DNA from: Candidatus Methanomethylophilaceae archaeon
GTDB lineage: Archaea > Thermoplasmatota > Thermoplasmata > Methanomassiliicoccales > Methanomethylophilaceae
Length of the DNA: 64,000 nt
Assembly (NCBI GenBank): GCA_944320495.1
Contig: CALUHR010000013.1
Coordinates: forward strand, 352,001-416,000
Reading direction: 5' to 3'
The notes beneath the pieces are model-generated. The model was given only the letters and a program-made list of their open reading frames with translations. It was not told the origin of the DNA and did no database searches. The translations under genes and the position numbers were made by a program. This document shows, piece after piece, positions 10,963 through 22,632 of this stretch. Position 1 is the stretch's first letter; every line of letters begins with the position of its first letter.

Positions 10963-12198
10963 ATGAAGGTACCGAAGCAGCCCGAGATCAACATCGGGAT
11001 GATCGGTCACGTCGACCACGGAAAGACCACCCTCACCAAGGCCCTCTCGGGCGAGTGGACGGACCGTCACTCGGAGGAGCTGAAGAGGGGAATCTCCATC
11101 CGTCTCGGATACGCCGACGTGGCGTTCTACAAGTGCCCCGAGTGCCAGGGCGCCGCCGCATACGGCACCACCAAGAAGTGCAAGAACTGCGGTGCCGACG
11201 CCGAGTTCCTGAGGGCCGTGTCCTTCGTGGACGCCCCCGGGCACGAGACGCTCATGGCGACGATGCTCTCCGGAGCCGCCCTCATGGACGGAGCCCTGCT
11301 GCTGGTGGCCGCCAACGAGAAGTGTCCCCAGCCCCAGACCAAGGAGCATCTGATGGCCCTGTCTATCATCGGCATAGACAAGATCATCATCGTCCAGAAC
11401 AAGATCGACATCGTGACCCGCGAGCAGGCCATCGAGAACTACAAGCAGATCAAGGAGTTCGTCAAGGGCACCATCGCGGAGAACGCGCCGATCATACCGA
11501 TCTCGGCCAACCGCGGCGTGAACATCGACATGCTCATCGAGGCCATCGAGGAGCACATCGTCTCCAAGATCGAGAGGAACCCCGACGCCACCCCGCTGAT
11601 GCACGTGGCCCGTTCCTTCGACATCAACTCCCCCGGAGCCAAGCCCGAGGAGCTGAGGGGCGGAGTCCTCGGAGGGTCCCTCATGCAGGGCACCCTGAAG
11701 GTCGGCGACGAGATCGAGATCGCGCCCGGACGCAAGACCGAGGTCGCGGGCAAGGTGGTCTACGAGAACATCAGGGCCACCGTCACATCTCTCGAGGCCG
11801 GAGGCAAGAGCGTCAAGAAGGTCGTTCCCGGAGGGCTGATCGCCATCGGAACTGGTCTCGACGCGGCCATGACCAAGTCGGACGGACTCACCGGGAGGGT
11901 CATCGGACGCCCCGGAGAGCTGCCCCCCGTGGTCCACGACTTCGAGATGAAGACCGTGCTGCTGGACCGTGTCGTTGGCTCGTCCGCCGAGCTCTCGGTG
12001 GACGACATCAAGAGCAACGAGCCCCTGATGCTGAGCGTCGGAACCGCGACGACCGTGGGCGTCGTCAAGAGCGCCAGGAGCGGCTCCGCCGAGGTCGCCC
12101 TCAAGATCCCCGTGTGCATCCTGCCCGGGCAGAGGGTCGCCATCTCCAGGCGCATCTCCAACAAGTGGAGACTCATCGGCTACGGTATCGTCGAGTGA
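10963..12198 (+). CDS. eif2g: Translation initiation factor 2 gamma subunit
   Basis: [29 protein letters not shown]. Confidence 0.97.
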   Translation: MKVPKQPEINIGMIGHVDHGKTTLTKALSGEWTDRHSEELKRGISIRLGYADVAFYKCPECQGAAAYGTTKKCKNCGADAEFLRAVSFVDAPGHETLMATMLSGAALMDGALLLVAANEKCPQPQTKEHLMALSIIGIDKIIIVQNKIDIVTREQAIENYKQIKEFVKGTIAENAPIIPISANRGVNIDMLIEAIEEHIVSKIERNPDATPLMHVARSFDINSPGAKPEELRGGVLGGSLMQGTLKVGDEIEIAPGRKTEVAGKVVYENIRATVTSLEAGGKSVKKVVPGGLIAIGTGLDAAMTKSDGLTGRVIGRPGELPPVVHDFEMKTVLLDRVVGSSAELSVDDIKSNEPLMLSVGTATTVGVVKSARSGSAEVALKIPVCILPGQRVAISRRISNKWRLIGYGIVE

Positions 12199-12203
12199 GC
12201 GTC

Positions 12204-12569
12204 ATGCAGACGGTCGTGCTCGACACAAACGCCTTACTGATGCCCTTCGAGATCAGGATAAACCTGGACCTCGCCCTGCAGGAGCTGCTGGGCGACACCA
12301 GGATCCTGGTCCCGGGCCCCCTCATAGGGGAGCTGAAGCATCTGGACCACAAGTTCTCCGGTGCGGCGCTCGCGCTCGCCCGCAAATACGAGATCATCCC
12401 CACCGTCGCCACCGGCGACAGCGCCGTCATCGAGTTGGCGAAGCGGGAGAACGCCTTCGTGCTCACCAACGACAGGGAGCTCCGCAGGCGTCTCAGGCGC
12501 GAGAAGGTCCCGATCATCTACCTCAGGTCCGGCACCCATCTCACGATGGAGAGGTATCTCGGGGACTGA
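12204..12569 (+). CDS. PIN-domain protein (Fcf1/Utp24-like)
   Basis: VVLDTNAL, VLTND.ELRRR; usual position after eif2g. Confidence 0.85.
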   Translation: MQTVVLDTNALLMPFEIRINLDLALQELLGDTRILVPGPLIGELKHLDHKFSGAALALARKYEIIPTVATGDSAVIELAKRENAFVLTNDRELRRRLRREKVPIIYLRSGTHLTMERYLGD

Positions 12570-12610
12570 GACGGGCAGTCGTTATCTACCCTCCCCCCGA
12601 TTCGGGGACC

Positions 12611-13105
12611 ATGGCATGGCCGTTCGGTAAGAAGGATGAGAAGCCGGTCGAGAACAAGCTGCCGGAGCAGTCCGAGAGGCAGTACAACCTGTTCTGGATG
12701 ATCCGCATGAGCCCGTTCGCCGACCGCTCGGACGAGGAGGTCCAGCAGGCCATCGACAGGAAGATCGCGGAGGTCGAGAGGACCCTGAGGACCCAGCCCG
12801 TCGAGATGGTCCGCGTCAAGAGCGAGAGGAAGGTCGAGAAGCTGAAGGCGCTCTCCGGTGACAGCGCAGCCATCGCCGCCGAGAGGGACGAGGCCATCCT
12901 CCACTTCAACAGGAACATGATCGAGGACAACGGAGGTTCCGTCCCCACCGATCCCGAGAAGATCTCGGCCACCGTGTCCAGGGAGGGGTGGGCCGACGGG
13001 ACGGGGCTGGTGGACGTCGATGGGATGCCCCACTGCCCCAGATGCGGCTACATCAACAGGAAGACGAAGGTCTGCGTCAACTGCGGATCGAAGCTGAGGC
13101 ACCGA
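12611..13105 (+). CDS. Hypothetical protein with coiled-coil and C-terminal zinc ribbon (ends at CGA 13103-13105)
   Basis: CPRCG..CVNCGSKLRH then CGA. Confidence 0.65.
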
Positions 13106-13144
13106 GTCCTGCGATGCCTCGAGAAAACGATTTAAGTCGTTTCA

Positions 13145-13167
13145 CGGGCCGGGTGTCGCCCGGCCCG
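13145..13167. terminator. 9-bp GC hairpin between convergent genes
   Basis: CGGGCCGGG-TGTCG-CCCGGCCCG. Confidence 0.5.
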
Positions 13168-13171
13168 ACGA

Positions 13172-13651
13172 TCACTCGACGACCTCGGCCTTCAGGATCT
13201 TGACGTCCTCGAGGGGCCTGTCCCTGCGGTCGGTCTCGACCCTGCCGATCCTGTCGACGACGTCCATGCCGGAGACGACCTCGCCGAACACGGGGTGAGC
13301 GGACGGGGTGCGGGGGTCCTCCTTGTCGAGGTACTTGTTGTCCACGGTGTTGATGAAGAACTGGCTGCCTCCGGAGTGGGGCCTGCCGGTGTTGGCCATG
13401 GAGATGGTTCCCCTGACGTTGGAGTGGCCCTTGCCGAACTCGTCCTCGATGGTGTAGCCGGGTCCGCCCATTCCGGTGCCGGTGGGGTCCCCGCCCTGGA
13501 TCATGAATCCGTCGATGACCCTGTGGAAGATGGTGCCGTCGTAGAAGCCCTCCTTCGCCAGCTTGACGAAGTTGCCGGTGGTGATGGGCATGTCCTCGTT
13601 CATCTTCAGGGTGATGTCTCCCATGGTAGTGTGGAGGATGACCTGAGTCAT
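13172..13651 (-). CDS. Cyclophilin-type peptidyl-prolyl isomerase
   Basis: FHRVIDGFMIQGGDP, SMANTG, GSQFFIN. Confidence 0.95.
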   Translation of the reverse strand: MTQVILHTTMGDITLKMNEDMPITTGNFVKLAKEGFYDGTIFHRVIDGFMIQGGDPTGTGMGGPGYTIEDEFGKGHSNVRGTISMANTGRPHSGGSQFFINTVDNKYLDKEDPRTPSAHPVFGEVVSGMDVVDRIGRVETDRRDRPLEDVKILKAEVVE

Positions 13652-13712
13652 GCACGCTCCATCCGCCCCGTGTCCTTAAACCCTTCCGCCGACCGTCCCG
13701 TTATATCGTCGC

Positions 13713-15083
13713 ATGCCGTGCATGTTCCCGATGGATCCGTTCAGGCTGCAGGACCACGGCACGACGCCGGAGAGGGAGGCTGTCGCAGGTTTCACCACGT
13801 TCCTCTCGATGGCGTACATCCTGGTCACCGTGCCGGGGATACTCTCATCGCCGGACGGGATGCAGTGGGGCGCCGTGTTCCTGGCGTCGGCGATATCGTC
13901 GGCCGTCGGCACCCTCGTCATGGCGCTGTACGCCAACGTGCCGTACGCGCTGGCCCCAGGCCTCGGGATGGCCTCGTTCCTCACGGTGACCGTGTGCGGT
14001 GACATGGGATTCACCTGGCAGGAGGGTCTGTCGATCGTCTTCATATGTGGACTCGTGAACATCGCCATAACCCTGAGCAACGTCCGCCGCCTGATTATCG
14101 CGGCCATACCCCGCAGCCTCCAGCTGGCGATATCCGGGGGCATAGGGCTGTTCCTGGCCTACGTCGGACTGCTGGAGTCCGGCCTCCTGGACCTGTCGGG
14201 GAGCACCCCCGCCCTGGGCGATCTGGCCAGCCCCCAGGTACTGCTGTTCCTCGTCGCCCTCGTCGTGTCGATGCTCCTGTACATCCGCAACGTCCGTGGG
14301 GCGCCGATCATCGCCATCGCGGTCATCGCCCTCCTGGGCATCCCGATGGGCGTGACGCACATGGGTGACAACGTGGGCTTCGGAGAGGCAGTGTCCCAGC
14401 TATGCTCCTCCTTCGGGGCGATCTTCACATCCGAGGGCATACCGGCGCTCTTCTCCGACACCAGCAGGATACTGCTGGCGCTGGTCGCCATCGTATCATT
14501 CAGTCTGGTGGACACGTTCGACACCATCGGGTCGTTCGTGGGGACCGGGAGGAAGGCCGGCATATTCACGGAGGAGGAGATGACGACCGCCGGCGATGGC
14601 GGGTTCAGGACGCGGATGGACCGCGCCCTGGTGGCCGATTCCGTCGCGACCTCCGTGGGGGCGGTGTTCGGCACCTCGAACACCACGACGGTGCTCGAAT
14701 CGGTGGTGGGGATCTCGCAGGGCGGCAGGACGGGTCTGGCATCCGTGGTGACGGCCGCGTGTATCCTGCTCATAATGCCGGCGGCGGCACTCATCAGCGT
14801 CATACCAGTGCCGGCCTATTCCGCGATCCTGGTGATGGTGGGCGTGATGATGCTCTCGTCGTTCAGGAGCATCGACTGGGAGGACCTGGGGGAGGCGGTC
14901 CCGGCGTTCTTCGCGGGGCTGTTCATCGCCCTCTGCTACAACATCAGCTACGGGATCGGATTCGCGTTCATCGCCTTCTGTCTGACCAGGGTGTTCCTCG
15001 GCCGTGCCGGGGAGGTCAGCAGGCTGATGTGGGTCGTCTCAGCCCTTTTCGCGGTGATGTTCGCGCTGCAGGCGATCGTGCGA
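13713..15083 (+). CDS. NCS2/AzgA family purine permease (ends at CGA 15081-15083)
   Basis: LAPGLG, GIGLFLA, DTFDTIGS, GGRTGL; start 13713, 13722 or 13731. Confidence 0.9.
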
Positions 15084-15095
15084 TCGCGAGAAGCC

Positions 15096-16145
15096 TCGCC
15101 TGCGCTTCCTTCCGGACATCGCCACATAGGCGAGCAGATGTTCCAGCTGCACCCTCTCGAGGGGCATGCCCATGCCCCCGGACCCGCACTGGGCTATGCG
15201 GAAGTCCGTCTCCCCGACCTTGTCCAGGAGCCTCACGGCCTCCGCCCCCTCCAGCCCGAGCTCCAAGGCCTGCCTCTGGATCTCCGTGGCGATCTCGCGG
15301 CAGGTCATGCCCTCGCCGATGAGCAGCCCGTCCAGCGCGTCCCTGGCGGCCATGAAGTCGCCCGAGCGTGCCTTGGAGAGCATGTCCCTGACCCCGTTGG
15401 AGGAGCGGGTCTCGGACACGGCGAAGACCGCGTCGAGGTCCACGCGGCCTCTGGTCACGGCGGCCGCCTGGAGCATGGCCATCGCCCTCCTGATGTCCCC
15501 GTCGGCGGCCATGGCGATACCGTCCGCCGCCCCGCGGTCCAGTTCGACGCCCTCGGACTCTGCGACCTCGACGATGCGCTTCGAGAGGTCGGCGCGGGGT
15601 ATGGGGACGAACCTGACGACCCCGCACCTGGACCTCACGGGGTCGATTATCATGGACTGGTGGTTGCAGGCGAGGATGAACATGCAGTTGCGGGAGTAGA
15701 CCTCCATGGTGCGCCTGAGGGCCTCCTGCACCTCCTTGGACATCGTGTCGACCTCGTCGATGAAGACGACCCTGAACCTGACTCCGTCTATCGATGCCGT
15801 GGACACGAACTCCTTGATTCTCCAGAGGGGGCTGTCCATCGTCTTGGTGACGGTCCTGACGGTCGTCTCTCCCTCGTCATCGGTCTCCGTGACGGTGACC
15901 TCGCGTTTCTTGGTGAGGTCGGAGGCGTCGATCTCCAGGAAGTTGCCCTCGATGTTGCCCTCCAGGACCTCCCTCGCGACGATGAGCGCGCAGGTGGTCT
16001 TGCCGGTCCCCGGGGGGCCCGCCAGGAGGAGGTGCGGCACGCTCTGCTGGGACGTCAGCGGTCTGAGCCTCTCGACGGCCATCGGCTGGCCCACGATCCC
16101 GTCCAGGGATGTCGGCCTGTACTTCTCCATCCAGACGGACTCCAT
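15096..16145 (-). CDS. rfcS: Replication factor C small subunit (ends at CGA 15096-15098)
   Basis: [29 protein letters not shown]. Confidence 0.9.
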
Positions 16146-16239
16146 CTTGATCGGGGGTCCATGCCCCTCGACCTATTAGGGTCCATCGTCCGTCGCAATC
16201 TGCTTATATCGCAAACTGGTTAAGCGGTCACTTAATGGG

Positions 16240-17040
16240 ATGAACGGCATGGACGACATCGCGGAGGATCTGAGGGTGGTGTCGGACGGGACGAGGTTCT
16301 CGATCCTGGCCATCCTCCTCAGGCACGACATCTGCTCCGGGGCCCTGGCACGCAGGCTGGGGATATCCGAGGCGGCCGTGTCCCAGCACATGAGGGTGCT
16401 GAGGGAGGCCGGTTTCGTCACTCCCGTCCGCCGCGGGTACTTCACCCACTACGAGGTGGACCGCGACAGGATCCGCATGCTGGCACATGCTCTGGAGGCC
16501 ATGTCCCTGAGCGACCGCGCCCCATGCGACCCGGTCCTCGAGGGATGTGACAGGAAGGGCCGCGGGAGCTGCCGGTCGGCGGTCCCCGGTGCCGGATGTC
16601 CCAGGATGGAGGGCGGTGAGCCCCCTTGCCCGGGGTGCCGCCGCTGCATGACAGAGAGAAGGTCGGGAATCATGAGGGTAGCAGCCACATACGAGAACGG
16701 GGAGGTCTTCCAGCACTTCGGGAGGACGCAGCAGTTCAAGGTCTACGATATCGAGGACGGGAGGGTGGTCTCGTCCGCGGTCCATGGGACCGGCGGCAGG
16801 GGTCACGGCGAGCTCATCAATGTGCTGAGGGAGCTCGATGTCTCCGCGCTCATCTGCGGGGGCCTCGGGGGCGGTGCGATGCAGGGGCTCGAGGCTTCGG
16901 GCATACGTGTCGTGCCGGGATGCTCCGGGGATGCGGACGCCGCCGTGCAGGCGTTCGCCGAGGGGAGGCTGGAGGGACCCACGGGGCCCACCTGCGACCA
17001 CCACGGCGAGGGTCACCAGTGCTCCTGCGGGAGGCACCGA
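16240..17040 (+). CDS. ArsR-family HTH + Cys-rich linker + NifB/NifX-like domain in one frame (ends at CGA 17038-17040)
   Basis: ISEAAVSQHMRVLREAG; QHFGRTQQF, LICGGLGGGA; HHGEGHQCSCGRH tail. Confidence 0.75.
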
Positions 17041-19239
17041 TCGCCCGTAGAACGGGACCGAGTCCCAGCCGGTGCGGCGCCTCCTTATGCGCCGGCCGGC
17101 GTCCTCGTACCCGTCCATGACCTCCTTGGTCACGGACGGCATCACGAGCCCCAGCGCCGCATCGAAATGACGCTGGCACACCTTCGCGGCCCCGGGGTCC
17201 TCGCGGTAGGCGGCCAGTCCCGCCTCGCGGCACACCGAGGCGAGGTCCGCGCCGGTGTAGCCGTCGGTGGACCTCGCGACCGCATCCAGGTCCACGCCGT
17301 CCAGAGGCATCCTCTTTGTGTGCACCGCCAGTATGCTCCTGCGGGCCCTCTCGTCGGGCTTCCCCACGAGGACGAGCCTGTCGAACCTGCCGGGCCTCAG
17401 CAGGGCCGGGTCTATCATGTCCGGGCGGTTGGTGGCGCCCATGACGGTCACGTTGCGCATGCCCTCGACCCCGTCCATCGAGGTGAGGAGCTGGGCGACG
17501 ACCCTCTCCCATGCGGAGCCGTCCCCCGCTCCGCGGATGGGGGCGATCGAGTCCAGCTCGTCGAAGAATATGATGCAGGGGGCCATCTGCTTGGCCCTCT
17601 TGAAGATCTGACGGATGGCGCGCTCGCTCTCGCCCATCCACTTGCTGGCCATCTCGGGACCGTTGACCGAGATGAAGTTGGTCCCGGACTCGTTGGCCAT
17701 CGCCTTCGCTATCAGGGTCTTGCCGGTCCCGGGCGGTCCGTAGAGCAGGACCCCCTTCCCCGGCTCGATGCCGAGCCTCTCGCAGGGGTTGCCCTCCTCG
17801 GTGGACAGCACCTCGCGGATCTGCGCCCTCACATCGTCCAGGCCCCCGACGTCCTCCCAGGTGACCTTGGGGATCTCGACCAGCACCTCGCGCATGCCAC
17901 TGGGCTCCACGTCGGACAGCGCAGCCCTGAAGTCGTCCATGGACACGCGCATGCTCTCGAGGATCTCCGACGGGACCTTCCGGTCCAGGTCGAACTCCGA
18001 CATGCGGGCGCTGAGGCAGTGCATGGCGGCCTCCCTGCAGAGGGCGGCCAGGTCGGCGCCCACGAAACCCTGGGTCATGGAGGCGAGCGCGTCCGGGGTG
18101 ACGTCCTCGGTCAGTGGCATCTCCCTCAGGTGGACGGAGAGGATGTCCGCCCTCGCCTTCCTCCCGGGAATCCCGACCTCGATCTCCCTGTCGAACCTTC
18201 CAGGGCGTCTCAGCGCCGGGTCGATGGAGTCCTCCCTGTTGGTGGCGCCGATGACTATGACGTTCCCCCTGTCCCCGAGGCCGTCCATCAGGGTGAGGAG
18301 CTGGGCCACCACCCTGCGCTCCACCTCGCCAGAGACCGCGTCCCTGCTGGGGGCGATGGAGTCTATCTCGTCCAGGAACACGATGCTGGGTGCGCTCTCC
18401 TCCGCCTTCTTGAATATCTCCCTCAGGCGCTCCTCGCTCTGGCCGTAGTACTGGCCCATGATCTCCGGTCCGCGGACCGAGAACAGGGTGGCGCCCGACT
18501 CGTTGGCGACCGCCTCGGCCATGAGGGTCTTCCCTGTGCCGGGCGGTCCGTAGAGGAGTACGCCCCTCGGGGCCCCTATGCCCAGGCGCTCGAAGAGCTC
18601 CGGATGCTTCAGGGGGAGCTCTATCATCTCACGGATGCGCTTCAGCTCGTCATCCAGGCCGCCCACGTCGTCATAGGTGATCTGATGGCCGGTCTGGCTC
18701 TTCGCCGTCTCACGCTTGCGGGGACCGTCCCTGACGACAACCTTGGTGGATTCCGTGACGATGACCGGTCCCTTCGGGACGGTGGATGCGACCGAGAACG
18801 TGGAGCGGTTGCCCATGAGGGCGATGTTCGGCACGATGATGTCCGTGTCCGCCACGAGGGGGCGGTTGAGGAGCCCCCGGAGGAAGATCTCCTCGATCCC
18901 GTCCTCGAACCTGATGCGCTTGCCCTCGGGGATGTTCGGGGAGAGGACGACCTGCTCGGCGGGGGCGGGGTCGCATCTCCTCACGGTGACGCTCTCGTCC
19001 ACGCTGACCCCCGCGTTGGTCCTGGTGAGGCCGTCTATCAGCAGCAGGCCGCGGCCCTCGTCCGTCTGGTCGCCCTTGAAGACCTTGGCGACGACGGTGC
19101 GCTTCCCGACGATCTCGATGGTGTCCCCCAGCTCCAGACCGAGGGCCCTGCGGGACTCGGAGTCCATCCTAGCCCTCCCATATCCCGCCTCGGACTGGGA
19201 CCTGGCCATCGCGACTTTCAGGACGATCGAATCGGACAT
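17041..19239 (-). CDS. cdc48: CDC48/VAT AAA+ ATPase, 732 aa (ends at CGA 17041-17043)
   Basis: Two GPPGTGKT Walker A motifs, [20 protein letters not shown]; FYG (HbYX) directly before CGA. Confidence 0.95.
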
Positions 19240-19284
19240 CGCCCGTAATGAATGCGTCCGCTCGGATAATCATCGCGGTCCCGA

Positions 19285-20076
19285 TCGCTCCCGCAGGCTT
19301 TCCATGGCGTCCGCCGCGTGGGCCCTGAACAGGTCCCTGAACTCGGGGTACTCGCCCATGCCGCGAACGATGCAGCGGGGGTTGTACCCGGCCGCGGCCA
19401 TGACGCTCCTGAGGGAGTCCTCCTCGTCCCCGGCGAGGTCGTTGTTGGCGTGGTCCCCGGCGACGATCATGAGCGGGAACATCGCGACATCCTTGCGATC
19501 ACAGCCCTCCATGAGGCCGAGGGTGCTGTCGTAGTCGGGGAAACCCTCCACCGTCGTGACGTAGACGTCCCTGCGGCCGGAGGCGATCAGCCTGAGCTGG
19601 AGCTCGCTGTACGCCGAGTTCGCGAAGTGGGTGGTGCCGTGGCCCATGAGCACCATGGCGTCGCCTTCCGCCTCGGGGCCGTATGCGGCCCCGATCGCCT
19701 CGATGAGGGCGTCGAAGTCCTCGGAGGTCGTCAGGAGAGGCCTCCCGACGGTGATGGCGTCGAACCTGTCTCTGCGCCTCTCCACCTCCTCCATCATGTA
19801 GTCGTACTCGACGCCGTTCATCACGAGCGTGGGCTGGACCACCACGGTCCCGTAGCCCTCGTCGGCCAGCCTGTCCAGGGCGGCATCGACGAAGTCGACG
19901 TGGATGCCCCTCTTCTCGAGGATCCTTATCACCGGACGGCTGGTGAACGCCCTCCTGACATCCCATCCGGGGAAGGATTCTGCGATGTGCCTCTCGATGG
20001 CGCCGATGGTCTTCTCGCGGGTATCATCGTAGCTCGTCCCGTAGCTGGCGACGAGGATGGCCTTCTTTTCCGACAT
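19285..20076 (-). CDS. cbiK: Sirohydrochlorin cobaltochelatase (CGA 19285-19287; TGA five codons later)
   Basis: ASYGTS, MGHGT, PLMIVAGDHANND. Confidence 0.92.
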
Positions 20077-20191
20077 GTGAGTTGGATATATGCTCCACCT
20101 TAAAAATCCACCCGAAGGCCCTCCGGCGCCCGGTTCCCGACTGAACACTTAATATCAGCAAGGGGATGCGAGGGCAGTCAGAGGAAGTCCA

Positions 20192-21346
20192 ATGGTGTCA
20201 AAGAGGCTTCAGGAGATCCCGGCATCGGGAACAATCGCCATCTCCAATCTGGTCAGCCAGATGAAGGCGGAGGGCGTGGACATCGTATCGTTCTCCATGG
20301 GGGAACCCGATTTCACCACGCCGGAGAACGTCATCGACGCGTGCTGCGACTCGCTCCACCGCGGGTTCACCCATTACACCCCGTCCACCGGCATCATGGA
20401 GCTCCGGCAGGCCGTGGCGGACATGGAGCGCGAGAAGGACGGAGTGCCCTGCAAGGCGTCCAACGTGCTCATCACGCCGACGAAGCAGGCCATCTTCATG
20501 ATCGCCCTCGCCTACATCGATCCCGGCGACGAGGTCATCCTCTCCGACCCGTCCTGGGTCTCCTACGAGGCGTGCATCCGCCTCGCCGGTGGAGTGCCCG
20601 TGTACGTGCCCACCAGGTACGAGGACGAGTTCGTGCTGGACCCCGCCGCCGTAGAGGCCGCGGTGACCCCCAGGACGAAGATGATCATCCTGAACACCCC
20701 GTCCAACCCGACCGGGACCGTGATCCCGGAGAGCGTCCTCAGGGAGATAGCCAGGATCGCCGAGGAGCACGACCTCCTCGTGATGTCCGACGAAATCTAC
20801 GAGAGCATCATCTACGAGGGCAAGCACACCTCGTTCGCATCCCTGCCCGGCATGTTCGACCGCACCCTGCTGGTGTCCGGTCTGTCCAAGACCTACGCGA
20901 TGACCGGGTGGAGGCTCGGATGGGCGATCGGCTCCGAGGAGAACATCAAGGCCATCAACAAGCTCCAGTCCCACTCCATCTCCTGCTGCGTGTCCTTCGT
21001 CCAGGAGGCCGCCGTGGAGGCCATCCGCGGACCGCAGGAGTCCAAGGACGCCATGGTCAGGGAGTTCAGGAAGAGGCGCGACCTCGCGCTGGACCTCATC
21101 GCCGAGATCCCGCAGCTCGAGTGCAACGTCCCCAAGGGGGCCTTCTACGTGTTCCCGAAGTACAGCGTCGACATGCCGTCCGCGAAGCTCGCGGAGGTCC
21201 TCCTGAAGGAGGGGCACGTCGCCGTCACCCCCGGGACCGCCTTCGGACCCGGCGGCGAGGGATTCTTCAGGGTCTCCTACGCCACCTCCGAGGACCAGAT
21301 CCGCGAGGGATTCGACAGGATCAAGAGGACGCTGGCACAGCTCTGA
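20192..21346 (+). CDS. Class I/II PLP aminotransferase (aspartate aminotransferase-like)
   Basis: GEPDF, NTPSNPTG, SDEIY, SKTYAMTGWRLG. Confidence 0.92.
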   Translation: MVSKRLQEIPASGTIAISNLVSQMKAEGVDIVSFSMGEPDFTTPENVIDACCDSLHRGFTHYTPSTGIMELRQAVADMEREKDGVPCKASNVLITPTKQAIFMIALAYIDPGDEVILSDPSWVSYEACIRLAGGVPVYVPTRYEDEFVLDPAAVEAAVTPRTKMIILNTPSNPTGTVIPESVLREIARIAEEHDLLVMSDEIYESIIYEGKHTSFASLPGMFDRTLLVSGLSKTYAMTGWRLGWAIGSEENIKAINKLQSHSISCCVSFVQEAAVEAIRGPQESKDAMVREFRKRRDLALDLIAEIPQLECNVPKGAFYVFPKYSVDMPSAKLAEVLLKEGHVAVTPGTAFGPGGEGFFRVSYATSEDQIREGFDRIKRTLAQL

Positions 21347-21359
21347 CAAACGCTTCCAT

Positions 21360-21381
21360 GCCCCGTCCTTTGGGACGGGGC
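21360..21381 (+). terminator. 9-bp hairpin after the aminotransferase gene
   Basis: GCCCCGTCC-TTTG-GGACGGGGC. Confidence 0.5.
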
Positions 21382-21565
21382 CTCCCGCACCGGGCCTCCC
21401 GGGAACACCCGCCAGGTCCGGTGCCACACCTTCTGCTGGCACATATTCCGCGGATGCCGGAGCGCTCCCCATCCATCGCAGGCTCTCGCCTGGTTGTCGC
21501 GCGCGCTACTTATTATAGGATGCCCCCGATGACGACCCATCTGCCCTAGGGCATGAGGGATCAAT

Positions 21566-22630
21566 TTGAGCAGGATGCTTTACACGGTCGGTCCGGTCAA
21601 CGTCTCACCGGACACGCTTCAGTCGATGACCAAGCCCATGATCACGCACCGCTCCGCCGAGTACAAGGAGCTCCACGGCAACATCGTCGAGAAGATCAAG
21701 AAGGCCCTGGACACGGACATGGACGTGTTCCTTGTCGCCGGGTCCGCCACCGTCTTCAACGAGGGCGCCATCAGGAACGGCGTCTCCGAGAAGTGCCTCG
21801 GCATCACCAACGGTTCGTTCGGCAACAGGCTCATCGAGATCGCCGAGCTCAACGGCAAGCAGGTCGACAAGGTCGAGGTCCCCTGGGGCAAGGCCATGAG
21901 GCCGGAGCACATCGCCGGCAAGGTCGCAAAGGACACCGAGGCCGTGTGCTGGGCCGCCAACGAGTCCTCCACCGGTGTGTTCAGCGACTCAGTCGCAATC
22001 TCCAAGGCGGTCTCCGAGCAGAACCCGGACGCCCTGAAGATCGTCGATGTGGTCACAGCGGCGTTCGCCATGGACCTCAGGGTCAGGGACATGGACGCCG
22101 ACGCCATCGTGTTCGGCACCCAGAAGGACCTGGGGCTCCCGCCCGGACTCGCCATCATGCTCTGCTCCGAGAGGATGCTGGAGAAGGCGAAGACCGTGAA
22201 GAACCGCGGGTTCTACACCGACCTGCTCAAGATCAAGAAGCAGAACGACGTCAACTACGCGCTCACCACGCCCCCCGTGTCCCTCATGTACGGCCTGGAC
22301 TACCAGCTGGACAAGATCCTGGCCGAGGGCATGCCCGCCCGCTACAGGCGCCACGAGGAGATGGCCGGGCTCATCGAGCACTGGGCCGACGAGAGGCTCG
22401 CCGGCGTGTTCCCCGAGGAGGGGTACAGGTCCAAGTCGCTCTCCGTGCTCAACCGCGGGGACCTGGACTTCGACGCGTTCCACAAGAAGCTCAAGGCCAA
22501 GGGATACGAGATCTCCAACGGCTACGGCGATGTCAAGGAGAAGACTTTCAGGATTGGCCACATGGGGGACGTGACGCCGGACGGCATCAGGGAGCTCCTT
22601 GGGGTCATGGATTCAATCATGGAGGAGTGA
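21566..22630 (+). CDS. Class V aminotransferase, probable archaeal phosphoserine aminotransferase
   Basis: YTVGPV, HRS..Y, NESSTG, GTQK.LGLPPG; directly upstream of serA. Confidence 0.85.
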   Translation: MSRMLYTVGPVNVSPDTLQSMTKPMITHRSAEYKELHGNIVEKIKKALDTDMDVFLVAGSATVFNEGAIRNGVSEKCLGITNGSFGNRLIEIAELNGKQVDKVEVPWGKAMRPEHIAGKVAKDTEAVCWAANESSTGVFSDSVAISKAVSEQNPDALKIVDVVTAAFAMDLRVRDMDADAIVFGTQKDLGLPPGLAIMLCSERMLEKAKTVKNRGFYTDLLKIKKQNDVNYALTTPPVSLMYGLDYQLDKILAEGMPARYRRHEEMAGLIEHWADERLAGVFPEEGYRSKSLSVLNRGDLDFDAFHKKLKAKGYEISNGYGDVKEKTFRIGHMGDVTPDGIRELLGVMDSIMEE

Positions 22631-22632
22631 AG

